Positions 26,734 through 39,499 of a stretch of DNA of 64,000 bases are shown one piece after another. Location: positions 20,584,001-20,648,000 of the forward strand of contig OX597817.1 in assembly GCA_951406725.2 (NCBI GenBank), given 5' to 3'. Within the stretch, counting starts at the first letter, position 1, and each line of letters begins with the position of its first letter. The notes below the pieces were generated by a model that saw only the letters and a program-made list of their open reading frames with translations, was not told where the DNA came from and searched no databases. This DNA comes from Octopus vulgaris. Its lineage: Eukaryota. Position numbers and translations under genes: made by a program.

Positions 26734-27528
26734 TTACACAGAAGCACACAGACAGACACGTAAGTGTGTGAGTGCTTGCGTTTGTGCCTGCGTGTGTGTG
26801 AATTACATTCACATGCACCTCCAAATGCACGTAAGTATACAACATATATAATAATACATGTCTATATGTGTGTGCCTGTGCGTGTGCTCGTATATATGTG
26901 AGTTTGCATTAGACGTGTATGCGTGTATGTGAAACGACGTATGTGTTGTGAGCACCATATAATTGAATTTAGTCCTTTTGTGTTTGAAGATAACAAGGAT
27001 AAAAAAGAATATATAAAAAATATACAAACAAAAATTTACTGCAATAATGATTTAAAACTAAGCTGCTTAGATTGCTGGGATTCCATTGATGTGTTATTGT
27101 GCGTATTGTGTAATGTATACTTATGTGTGAATGACTTTATTTCTCGCATGCTATTAAAGTTAAAGAATGTGTCATAAAATTACTGATAAATTTTTATAAT
27201 CATCCTTGAAGTTCCTCTTATCATAATCTTCAGTTCAAAAATACTGGCCAATCTTGTCAGCTTTTATCCGTGATAAGAACAATCAATAGCTGCTGTTGCA
27301 GGAATTTAAATGGGAGTTACCTATTTTCGAATCCAGGTTTATATTTCTCACAAAGAAAATGAATCGTGATCATCGATTATTTTACCGTCATCATCATTGA
27401 CGAAATAATTGTTTTCCGACAACATATATATATATAAAATATATATAAATATACACATTGTACATGCACACACAGGTGTATATATATATATATATATATA
27501 TTGTACATGCACACACAGGTGTATATAA

Positions 27529-27624
<96 letters not shown>

Positions 27625-28063
27625 ATATATATATATATATATACATACATACATATACGCACGTACATTTATGCTTCATACACACACCCATGAATCACAG
27701 GTACATACACGCACACTTATTTGAAGTGTATGTCGCACGGCGTGAACAACATGAATATGATCAGCATCACTGGCACCGTCGTCACATCATTATTGCTCAC
27801 TATCATCAATACTTGCACCATACCAATTGCGCGGGTGCGCAACTGCCACATTACTCATACAGACTAAGGGTAGATATGCGACAATGTTATATATTAGGAA
27901 TTCTCGCAATAACATCTAAAATGAAGTTTGCGTCTGCATTAATTATGTAAAACACACACACACATGCACACGCATATATAAATGTACACGCTCACATATA
28001 TGGGAACAAGTGTAGTGCTTAAAAAGTAACTGTCTAGCCGGAATCCCTCTTGTCAATCTTATT

Positions 28064-28127
<64 letters not shown>

Positions 28128-28130
<3 letters not shown>

Positions 28131-28450
28131 TAGAATAAACGAGGTACTCAGAAATTCGGATGATTTTATATTTACAGATATTTATTTGTATATTGCATGT
28201 TTTTATACATCATATAACTTATATCATATATCATATATTAGCGCTTTTGTCCAGTCTGGTCGAGTTTTCAAATTGAACTAAGTTCCTGTGGATAAATTTT
28301 GACCAATAGACGAAAGCTCTATTATATGATATATGATATATATATGATATGTGATATAAGTTTTATGATGTATACAAACATGTAATATACAAATAAATAT
28401 ATGTAAATATAAAACCATCCGAATTTCTGAGTACCTCAATTCTTCTAATA
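28128..28450. mobile_element. Diverged fold-back element between microsatellites (PLE-like remnant)
   Basis: TATTAGAA...GAGGTACTCAGAAATTCGGATG at 28128 is inverted at CATCCGAATTTCTGAGTACCTC...TTCTAATA ending 28450. The centre holds an eroded CTGTGGA...CGAAAGCTCT. A single-arm relative lies at 56217-56340. Confidence 0.75.
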
Positions 28451-28467
28451 TAAAATATTGTACATTA

Positions 28468-28502
<35 letters not shown>

Positions 28503-28533
28503 AAACCTTCTAATAACACCACCTGATAGGATT

Positions 28534-28695
<162 letters not shown>

Positions 28696-29110
28696 CATTA
28701 TATCCACCTGTGTAAGAGAGACATAGAGAAAGGATCTATACAGTATTGAGTCTCTATGGGACATTGGCATATATTTAATACATTTTCTACCGAATACATA
28801 CTCCTAAATGTATTTATTTACCCACCGATCCTACCCATCCGCGTCCACAAACACGCGTTTGTGCATGCGAGTGAACATGCCTCTGCACGTGAATTTCTTC
28901 GTTTGGGTTCTTTGGCAATCACATATGATCCATGTATCCATGTATGTGTATATGTGTATGGGTTGCCTGCATGCATCAATATACATTTAACCCGGGAATT
29001 GAATGTGTTGGACACATATAAACATTATGTTGTGCTTCATTAATTTCGAAAGTCTTATACACCATATCGTTCTTGTGTCGATAGACAAGCACTGTCTTGC
29101 TCTTCTGTGT

Positions 29111-29146
29111 GTCACACTACACCTACACTGGTAGGTGTAGTGTGAC
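29111..29146. repeat. Perfect 16-bp inverted repeat with a 4-nt loop
   Basis: GTCACACTACACCTAC-ACTG-GTAGGTGTAGTGTGAC. Confidence 0.95.
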
Positions 29147-29220
29147 GTATGTCAGTTATTACTGAGAGAAATTGGGACACAATACACTGAGGAATGTCAT
29201 TTACACATCCATCCATCCAT

Positions 29221-29291
<71 letters not shown>

Positions 29292-29504
29292 TTGAATCTC
29301 CTCATCTTAATTATTCGATTGCTTGTACTTCTCACAGATGCATTTCCTTTGAATTTTACTAATCTCTGGAACATTCTTCATGAGTCTATCACCTAAACAA
29401 AGAGGTTTATGATTTCCGAGATGTATATTTACACCGTCTGTTGAACAGTATATCATACCGTATGCATTTCCTTCATTATAGTGGGAAAATCTTTTTTATT
29501 TTAT

Positions 29505-29702
29505 TTTCTACTCTAGGTACAAGGTCTGAAATGTTTTGGGAAGAGCTATTCGATTAGATCGACCAAAGTGCGCAAATGAGACTTAATTTATCGACTCCGA
29601 AAGGACGAAATGCAAAGTCTACATCTGCGGAATTTGAACTCAGTATGTAACGACAGACAAAATACGGCCCGGCGTGCTAACGTTTCTGCTAGCTTGCCGC
29701 TT
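29505..29702 (-). mobile_element. SINE family B, near full length
   Basis: TTTCTACTCTAGGTACAAGG...TTAATTTATCGACTCCGAAAGGACGAAA...GGAATTTGAACTCAG...GCTAACGTTTCTGCTAGCTTGCCGC. Confidence 0.85.
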
Positions 29703-30621
29703 TAAAGTAGCAGAGTATTAAGAGAGATGTGTTTGATACTGTTAGAATATTGCTCTTTGTTTCCAAGTTGTTTTTCTACTGATTTTCAATGATTTTCATT
29801 GGATTTTTGTTTCCATTTTAGTATAAATTCATAATTACATGAAAAAAAGAATTAAAAGCTATTTTCTGTTATATTTTATTATCAGAAACTCATTGATTAT
29901 TTTTACCTCTTGAAAATTTATGAAACAAAACATAATTAAAAATTTTCGTTGAATAATATAATTTTAATAACTGCAAAATATATTTTATAACGCTCCAGCA
30001 TGCTATGACGTTTCTGCTAGCTCGCCGCTTGTAAATACCACAGGAATTTAAGAGAGATGTGTTTGATACATGTTAGAATATTGCTCTTTGGGTTTCGAAG
30101 TTGTTTTTCTACTGATTTTGCAATGATTGTTCATTGGATGGTTCCCCTGTGTTTTCTGCCAATCAAACAAATTATATTTATTTACAGAAATGAAATTATT
30201 ATGCATTCTTGCCTTATTGAATTACGAACTAACGAAGTATGTAGACAGCGGAAGCGACAATAAAGTAAATGGAAATGATGAAAATTAAAATTAAATTGAA
30301 ATAGAAATTATTGTCAGGCATAATTATATTTCGTGTTATTAAAAAGAAAAAAATATGAGTTCTGTCAAAGAAGTGTGTAGCAGTAAGCGTAGTTTTGGAC
30401 TCAAAAGGTCGATACAGTAAATGTACACTGGTGCAATTTGAACTCGAAAGTCAAAATACATAACACAATTAACATCACTGTGCAGATTGAATAAATACTT
30501 AAATAAATATCGGAAAAAACAATTGAATTTTCATTGCCATATGTATGTGTGTGTGATATGGCTTTCTGTATATACGGTAGAGTGTTTATACGAGACCGCG
30601 TACATATATATGTGTATATAT

Positions 30622-30674
<53 letters not shown>

Positions 30675-30676
<2 letters not shown>

Positions 30677-30826
30677 TCAAAATAAGCAACAAGAATAACT
30701 CCGGAGTTACTGTTGTTGCTTATTTTGATTATACTCACCCCACGGATTTATATGGATAGCACCATACAGAATTCTGGAGCATCTAAATTAAGTACCATAT
30801 TCATTTGAATCTAAATTTTTGGTGAA

Positions 30827-30829
<3 letters not shown>
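30675..30829. mobile_element. (TA)n-flanked short element with a terminal hairpin
   Basis: Hairpin TCAAAATAAGCAACA...AACTCCGGAGTT...TGTTGCTTATTTTGA at 30677-30728. 30715-30815 is the diverged reverse complement of 46911-47012. Confidence 0.6.
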
Positions 30830-30904
<75 letters not shown>

Positions 30905-33900
30905 CATGCATACATACATACATATATATGTTACAATGTCTTTGATGTTAATTCACTTGCATTGGCTTTTAACATTCATACTTGTTTCTTAAAGGGAGAC
31001 AATTTTTCTGAACTTGAAGTTTTGAAGCTACTAAGCTATTGATTTGTTCTCGACTGTACATTTAGATACCTACGCAACGCTTAAGTAGCTGCTTTTGTAT
31101 CCCAAGAACTGTAAATATCACTCGTATCCCTTCTCTGGATTTCGATATTTTTACTTCAAAAGCATTTTTCCTACAGTAAGTTGATGAAGCAGTAACACGC
31201 AATCATAAAAGCGTTCGGACATACATATATGTACTTGAACACACACGCACACACCTACAAACATACATATATGTGAGTGTGTATGTATGCATGTATGTAT
31301 ATGCCTACGTATGTGTACACGAATGCATATGCTATGGTAAATATACTTTTGTAACAGTCAGAATATGATTTTATCTCAGCTTAATTTTTTACGCTATCTT
31401 TTGACATTTATCAAGGAAGTTCGTATTTCATAAATCATTGTCTAGACTGTTGACTTTTGATTTTTCAAGTTCTTTCGTTTCATCTCCATCTATCTCATTA
31501 TTTTCTAAATAGGTTTAATGTTTACTCTCATATATACGTAGTTCATATATTATTTCTTCTAAATATTTTTTGCAACAATACTCAATGTTTAAATCACATT
31601 TCACAGACAATATTAGAAAATGATATTTAGAGCCATAGTTCTAATTTTACTGACACATCTATTGCTTTCATTATATTAGTGTTTAAAATAAATGCTTCTA
31701 CTAGTATTGAATTTATTGCCATATCTATACACATTGCAGTGCTTCACCTGAAATGAACACTTTATTGTGTTATAGTTTATTCATTGGTATACTTCAATGT
31801 TCATAGACATGACTATTCATTAGTCAGAAATAATATTAGAGACGAAGAAGTAATAATTATGGCTAGCTATAAATACGACGAGAAGAGATTGAAAACAAAT
31901 ATATACAAAAGTGTAGGCATGGTGCTTTTGTGAAGGCGTTGAAAGAATTGAAGTGAGAAGTAATATTAAATTAGTATGGGTTCTTTAGCCGCTTTTCAAA
32001 TTAAAAATTTGGACATATTTACGTAGAAATAATTAAGTAATTGCACGAAGAGTCAAATTACCTGAAGAATCCTCAATTTCTTATTACTGTTCCAATCTAT
32101 ATTTACTTTATATCAGACCCAGTATCCGTAGCAATATGTATGTTTACATTATTGATTCAGTCTCTTGTCAAATGATGCTATGTATATGATGCGGTTTATA
32201 TAGATATAAGAGAGCAACATTTTACCAATTAATTCAGAAGTATCTTCCAAGAGTACAAGTTTATTCTAGTAAATATAGTTGAATGCAATTTCAATTCACT
32301 TAATTTAAATGATTGCATGATAGCTTTATATGTGCCATTTAGTTGAGTAGTATTCTCGATCTCTTTCAATCATCTCCAATATTTGTCCCATTGCAAATAT
32401 CCTGTATTCGCCACGATTCTTGGTCCTTTCTTTCGAGAAAATCTTTTTTACTGAAGTACTTTCTCAACACAAGATTTTGATTTTCATGCAGGATTGGTTT
32501 TGCTACAGTTCTGGAGGAACGTACCGATATCCATATCATTGACATTTGGTCATGTGTACGATCTCTATATCAAAACAGGAAAAATAAAAGAAATTTGAAG
32601 GAACTATATGAATATTATGTTTTGAACGTGGGGAATTTACCTATGTTGTAGTACCCTTTATTATGCACTCCTTCGTATTAATTCTTCTATATTTAGACAA
32701 ACATGCGCACTGATACGCGTATTTTCAAATATAATAATGTATATACAAATGTGTGAGGGGATTATGGGTTATGTTTCTTCGAGTCTTTGTGACGAAATAT
32801 TTTACAAACACTCTATATTGATATGAGACACCGTTTTTTGTGGGATGATTTTGTGGCTGGCCCATTTTAAAGTTATAGAATTAGTCAAAATATACGCATC
32901 TTCTTCAAATAATTGTTTATGTTCGTGAGCTAACAATTATTTTTATAAAGGCAAAACAGCATGAAATCTGTAAGGTAAACTAACAAAATGTAGATACTTC
33001 TCAACACAGCGTGTGAATATGGACAATTAGTGTTCAAAATATTGCCTCTATGCATACGCACACATACACACATACACGGGCATATAAAAAGGCTCTTCCC
33101 CCCACACACAAAATACAGTTTACGTTTTGAAATTGATTAGGCGTAACTTATAAGAATGTTATATATTACTTATAAAATGCGATGCAGAATTCATATACCA
33201 AGACGTGGTGTGGGAAATAACAGGGTTTGAAACGTAGAATAGGAAGTCAGACTTCGGGTTGCGGAACAACTCAACAAGCAGAAATTTTGTTCAACTAAAA
33301 AAGAATATAGATTTATAAATAAACAAGTATAATCGACTTTAAAGTTGACGATTGTAATCCTAGTGAAAACGATTTCGATAATTCCATCGGGATGAATTCC
33401 TTAATAATTGTAATGAACTTACTATATTATAAATGCTAATATATAAATGCTAAACATAGTTAAAAAGAACGGAAATTACAGATTAACCTGATGAAAATGA
33501 TCTATACACCCTATAATTAAGGTATTCACCTAAGGATCAGGATGAAAACTTTTACTACTGTGGCACAATTTCAAATTAAACTTTAGTAATACAACGATCT
33601 AATTACTCCTTCTTGTATGTAATATATGTTTTATTGCACTTGTACCCATACAAAATGATGTTTCAAGAAATTTTTTGTCACAAAAGAGTATGCTCTCCAT
33701 ACATAAAATATCGATGAAGAACATTTTCTTACTATTTGGATGAAGCGATTTTCATCATCAAATATTCCATCCTAAGATTAGTGAGCATAATATTACCAAC
33801 ATTATATCTGGATATGTATACGTATAGAAATGAGAAAATAAATGCATATATATATATGTGCGTGTGTGTGTACATATCGATAAATATATGTGTGTATGGA

Positions 33901-33926
33901 TAAATGTATATATAGTTAAATATATA

Positions 33927-35008
33927 TTAGGTCGTCAACTATGAAATTTGTAGTAAGATATATGGTAAATTGTGACATCTACTCATTTTGCTCTGTATAG
34001 ATTATTTATAATTTTTTTTTTCTTCTTTGGTATTCTTGTTTATAGTTGGATAAACTCGAATTCGTACAATTTTGAAATATGGTTTCTTTCTTGGAAATAC
34101 AGCATCGCAGGCAGCTCGGAATATTAATGGAGTATTTCATTCTAATGTTATTAGAGAGCAAACAGTATCACATTCGTATGCAAAATTTCGTAATGGCAAC
34201 TTTGACTTCAAAAATGAGCAATGCGGACGACCAGAAACAAAGGTGTTTCATGACGAACTGAAAGCCATCCTTGAGTAAGATCCATCGTAAAGTGCCCGTC
34301 AATTATCATTGTTGTTTGATGTTAACAGGCGAACAATGTTCAACCACCAATTTCAAATCGGTAAAGTGAAAAATTTGGATAATCTGGTTCCACATGAACT
34401 CACTGCAAATCAGAAACAGCAATGTTTGGAAGTCTGGATTTCTCGTCACAAAAATGAATAATTTTTAATCGAATTGTAACATGTGATGAGAAATAGATCC
34501 AATACTACGTTAACCGTTCAGCAAAATGGTTGGACAAAGACGAGCCTCCAAAACACAGTCCAAAAAACAAACTTCATCAAAAAAGCTGATGTGTGTGTCT
34601 GGTGGTCTGTTGTGATCCATTATGATTTCATTACAACTGGCTCATCAATCACGGCCGAAGTATACTGCAGCCAACTGGACAAAATGATGCAGAAGCTTAC
34701 AAAAAAAAACAAGATTAGTTAGCAGATCGATTCCTATTTTATTGCAAGACAACAGCAGACTACACATTGCAAAAATGACATTTCATAGGAAAAATAATTG
34801 CGGCGATGCTGTAAAACAGCCCTTCCAAAATATTTTTGACTCTAGATTACCAGGCTCTTACAGTTCCAGGCTGGACCAGCTACCGGTGAAACGTCAAAAG
34901 GGTATTGACAACATAGTGCATACATTTATGAATAAAACTATTTATTGTATTTATAAAATATTGGCAAACTTTTTTTCTTTTCTACAAATGTCATACTAAA
35001 CGAGCTTA
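33927..35008 (+). mobile_element. Decayed mariner (DD34D) transposon
   Basis: Degenerate 27-bp TIRs (TTAGGTCGTCAACTATGAAATTTGTAG / CTACAAATGTCATACTAAACGAGCTTA) with TA flanks. Transposase remnants: ASQAARNIN..., GRP, LVPHEL (WVPHEL), RIVTCDEK*, VWW, YCSQLD, LQDNSRLH (HDNARPH). The YSPDL region is absent; multiple stops and frameshifts. Confidence 0.93.
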
Positions 35009-35233
35009 TATATATATATATATATATAAATATATATTATCTATCTATCTATCTATCTATCTGTACACACACACACACATATATATATATATTTATAGGA
35101 ATATTCACATATAGACAAGCACAATCACTTCTGACTGTGGTCTTCAACAGAAAGATACACAGAAAAGAAACACGGAGAGAAAGAAGGAGAGAAAGAAATG
35201 TGTGCAGAAGCTAGCGATTCAGTATCTGTACAC

Positions 35234-35279
<46 letters not shown>

Positions 35280-35297
35280 ACACACACACACACACAT

Positions 35298-35349
<52 letters not shown>

Positions 35350-35522
35350 AATATTAGGGAATAAATCCAAATTTACAAGGAAAAAAATCAGATTTAGGAT
35401 TAAATCCAATTTTATAGTAAAATATTATAAAATATTATTAGAGACAAAACCACTATTTTGCAAAACAAACAAGGAAAGACTTAATCAATACATAAAATTT
35501 TAATAAATAGTCAAAAAAACCG

Positions 35523-35565
35523 CCACTACAATCGTTTCTTGTCTTGATCGACAATCTTCAGGTGG
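35523..35565 (-). ncRNA. Mirror copy of the minimal hammerhead
   Basis: Exact reverse complement of 35626-35668 in the left arm. Confidence 0.85.
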
Positions 35566-35625
35566 ACTTCCAATTTACAAGTCAGTTTCAAATTATGAAG
35601 TGAAACTGACTTGTAAATTGGAAGT

Positions 35626-35668
35626 CCACCTGAAGATTGTCGATCAAGACAAGAAACGATTGTAGTGG
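35626..35668 (+). ncRNA. Minimal type I hammerhead ribozyme motif with intact core
   Basis: CCAC-CUGAAGA-UUGUC(GAUCAA)GACAA-GAAAC(GAUU)GUA^GUGG, with predicted cleavage after 35664. ACGAUUGU is self-complementary with G:U pairs, suggesting a dimeric stem III. Confidence 0.87.
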
Positions 35669-35755
35669 CGGTTTTTTTGACTATTTATTAAAATTTTATG
35701 TATTGATTAAGTCTTTCCTTGTTTGTTTTGCAAAATAGTGGTTTTGTCTCTAATA

Positions 35756-35788
<33 letters not shown>

Positions 35789-37690
35789 GAATATTCACGC
35801 ACAGACAAGCACAATCACTTCTGACTGTGGTGTAGGGCGTGACACTGAGAAGCAGATAGCATCATATGACTTCAATCTGTCATTCAGGTTATAGTGTCTT
35901 ACATTTGACATTAACTTTGTTTCAAAAGTAAACATATATGTGCATGATACATGCCCATATAACCGTATCGATTCCTAATGTTTATTATGTTCCAGAATAT
36001 AGCCATAAATTGCAATATTCCCAGAATTCATAGTGAAATCTGAAAGCTCACCACAGGTTCAGACTATTTTCCTAATCAGATTTTGTAATCTTAAATGTTC
36101 TCAGCAGGTGGAACGCTGATTATATTAGTTTAGCTTACGTCTTGGCACATTAAAACTAAACTTCCAGGCTTGATATGAAGTAGAAATAACAGGAAACATT
36201 ATTTGTTTTTTAATTTAACGCTTCTCGTAATTGTATTTGACTGAGTAATTAATAGCAAAATTAATTATTATATAGCTGTCATACAATATCCATTTCGCAC
36301 GACTTTTACGACTTTTAGACAAATAAATATTATTTCCCTAAAATAATATTTGATACATATTTTTTTTCCCATCCTTATTCACATCTAATTTATTTCCAAA
36401 TTCCTTAATTTAATTGCATGTAAATGTATGTTATATATTTGGAAGATAAATTCTGGAAATAGTGCATACATTTTCATCTAATATGATGGCTGTTTCTCAA
36501 GCAATTATAATAAGAGAATTGTTTAGAATAATATTATATTTAGTATCACTTATTAAAACAATCACTAGCAATGCAAAACAGACATTGTTTTGGGTTTACA
36601 TTGTGCAAACTTTCAGTATTTCTATGGAAGGGAAATGAAATGATTTCAACTTTTATAAAATTTAAGGAATAGGTTATCCGATTTAATCATCTAAAACGAA
36701 TTGTATTGTAGTTTGATCCTTCAGACTTTATCTCAGTGGGAGTTACCAGTTATGCTAGAACATTAGCGGCAACTTTCTTAGTAACACTATTACGAGACAA
36801 TTTCAGCATAGAATTTGTTTAAATAAATTAACGACACTCACTCAAGTATCATTTTGTCAATGTCTATTGTTAACTGAAAGATTGATAATACATCCTCATA
36901 TAAAATGTTAGTTAGTTAATGGATAAGGAAATTAAACCAATTGATAGTAAACCATATTGCAAATATAAAGTAAACAAAAATTAAAAGAAGAATAAAAATT
37001 ATAAAGGCAGAGAAACAAGACAATGTGAAATCCACTAGATAGTTCAAATAGCGAATATAATTCACTAGAGTTGGTTGATGGTTGGAAACAATTGAAAAGA
37101 CTCCTAGCATAAACGTAACCATATCCGGTTAGTGTCATGTGTGTTTCCCATAATGTCATCTTGGTTTGATTTCGAATGTAATAGATTGTCTTCAACTCTA
37201 ATATATAAGAGTCAACAAAAGACAATTGAAAGTCAACGGCGGTGGTGTTGGTGGAAATGAGAGTGGAGGCGACGACTATAGCAGTGTTGGTGGAGGCCAA
37301 GAACAAGGTAAAGGTGATGACAGCGACGTTAGAAGCGACAGAAGTTTTGTTCATATTTAATGCTGAAGAGGTTATTACTGATACGAATCATTCCAAATAA
37401 TCACTATCACCGTAATTATACAGATGCTGGTAAATGTCGACGAATGCCATATCAAAGATGATGAATGCCATAAGAGTTATATTTTAAAGTGTGCCACGAT
37501 AAATGAAAATATGTACTTTTACGAGAATGGCACTAATACGTGGGTCATTGAGCGTAATATCTACATGTATATATAATACATTGATAATACATACCTAATG
37601 ACACACACACACACACACAAACACACACATGTTGCTGGTATACATTATTAACGCTGGTCTGATCTAAATGTAAACCATCATGACAATATA

Positions 37691-37919
37691 AAAACGTGAC
37701 GCCGTGGTGATCTCATTCTTGCTCACAACATCATAAGCGGAAAGTGTAACCTCTCGAAAGAGCTGTTCTTCTCTCCTGCTCAAGAGCGTCGGCTGCGGGG
37801 TCACTCCGAAAAGCTCTATCTGCAACGATTTCATCTCAATCGAAGGAGAGGGGCTTTCTTCGTCCGGGTTGCGGATCCGTGGAATAAGCTGCCGGACGAG
37901 ATAGTGAAGATGCCGACGA
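37691..37919 (+). mobile_element. CR1-clade LINE ORF2 C-terminal fragment
   Basis: KR*RRGDLILAHNIISGKCNLSKELFFSPAQERRLRGHSEKLYLQRFHLNRRRG / VRVADPWNKLPDEIVKMP, containing the RGDLI, RGH and WN.LP motifs. Confidence 0.88.
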
Positions 37920-38335
37920 GTCACTTATATTTACTGCAATATTTGCAGCCTTAATAAAGCTGGTCTTCGTACGGAAAATATAAAAAAAATTACAGGGGCC
38001 AACAAAATTGGAAGCGATGTAACAGGCATATACAACTATGTGGATATGAAAATATAATAGATTCTCCCACACAACCGTGTACATTCTGTGAAGATAACGA
38101 CGAACCATACGCATTCACAGGTATACTGCATCGTACACACGTTCATGTATGATCACGAATTAATATATACGTCTACATAAACAAGCCGGGCGCATCTGCG
38201 TGTATTCATATATTTTGTCGTATAATTTAAGGACACATGCAATAACAAAGCATCATATACACCCTAAACATGAAGAACATGTAGATAAATTATCTTCTGT
38301 CCGAATTATCTTCTGCACTGAAGTAGGATTTCGTG

Positions 38336-38383
<48 letters not shown>

Positions 38384-38408
38384 CACAATGCTTAAAAAAT
38401 GGAACCCA

Positions 38409-38461
<53 letters not shown>

Positions 38462-38465
<4 letters not shown>

Positions 38466-38797
38466 GGTAAAGACCCCCTTCGGTCATGAATGACCATGGG
38501 ATTGCACCTAGAAAGTTACCCTCCTAGACACAAGTCTGGGCAAGGTTGTTTTTATGGGAGGCCAGCAGTCGCCCATGCATACCAGCCTCCCCTCTCCACG
38601 CCACGAGTGTTATCCAAGGGAAAAACAAAGGTCGATACAGCTTGGCACCAGTGACGTCGCAACTCATTTCTACAGCTGAGTGAACTGGAGCAACGTGAAA
38701 TAAAGTGCCTTGCTCGAGAACACAACACGCAGCCCGGTCCGGGATTCGAGCTCACAACCTCACGATCGTAAGCTCGACGCTCTAACCACTGAGCCAT
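38462..38797 (-). mobile_element. tRNA-derived CORE-type SINE, family D, lying within (TA)n
   Basis: Minus strand ATGGCTCAGTGGTTAGAGCG...GAGCTCGAATCCCGG (A/B boxes), then CTCGAGCAAGGCACTTTATTTCACGTTGCTCCAGTTCACTCAGCTGTAGAAATG (CORE-like), with a TTTACC tail. Confidence 0.9.
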
Positions 38798-38980
38798 ATA
38801 TATATATATATATATACACCTCTCGAAACAATGTTTCAATGCTGCTTTTCACTGTGGAACAAATTACTGGTGATGACAGCAGAGCTATCTCTGTAGTGCA
38901 TCAAGATTTCAAATCACTGATCATTTCAATGCATTGTATCGTGACACTTTATATTTCTACAGATTTAACGACGCTATCAA

Positions 38981-39080
38981 NNNNNNNNNNNNNNNNNNNN
39001 NNNNNNNNNNNNNNNNNNNNNNNNNNNNNNNNNNNNNNNNNNNNNNNNNNNNNNNNNNNNNNNNNNNNNNNNNNNNNNNN
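38981..39080. other. Assembly gap (100 N)
   Basis: Exactly 100 N, the usual placeholder for a scaffold join of unknown size. Confidence 0.99.
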
Positions 39081-39499
39081 TACACTTATTTTTTATAATT
39101 TTCAGTACCTTTTACTTATTTACCTTAAATCTAATATTTAATATTTCTTATCATTATAATATTATAACTCTGATATTATATAGTTAGCATTTTATTCCTG
39201 TTCAGTGATCCCCAAAGTTATGGTTTAGGGATCTGTCTTTAGAACCTTTATTCCATAATCCTTCAAAGTTTTCTTTCTTAGTATTATGGTAATTAGTAAC
39301 GGATGGGTTGGCTTTCTTCTTTTTTTTCCTTTATCCTCTCCTCCCCACCTTTCGCTTCCCTAATACTTCCCTCTGCTTTAGTAGTAGAGATAAAGCTTGT
39401 AAACTGGTTCAATCACAAATAACCTTGATTATTTAGTAGGCTGATTTGACCATAAATCATTATACGCCACTAGCCAAGTCAATATACGCCACTAACCCA

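Larger units (their letters stand above)
35346..35765. mobile_element. Young fold-back element: apparently perfect 165-bp arms, 10-nt loop, lying within (TA)n
   Basis: 35426-35590 is the reverse complement of 35601-35765 with no mismatch seen by eye; loop AATTATGAAG. The left end has an 80-bp unpaired extension and (TA)n flanks both sides. Confidence 0.9.

Noticed and set aside
32395-32450. Possible mariner YSPDLAP remnant (TATTCGCCACGATTCTTGGTCC)
   Set aside because: The match is too weak and no other transposase motifs or TIRs are nearby.
36932-37354. 140-aa minus-strand ORF
   Set aside because: It is driven by a degenerate (GGT/GAC) low-complexity tract, with no domain or splice evidence.
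38735-38797. tRNA gene (also considered at 58031 and 24420)
   Set aside because: A and B boxes are present, but there is no convincing acceptor stem and the sequence continues into SINE body and tail.
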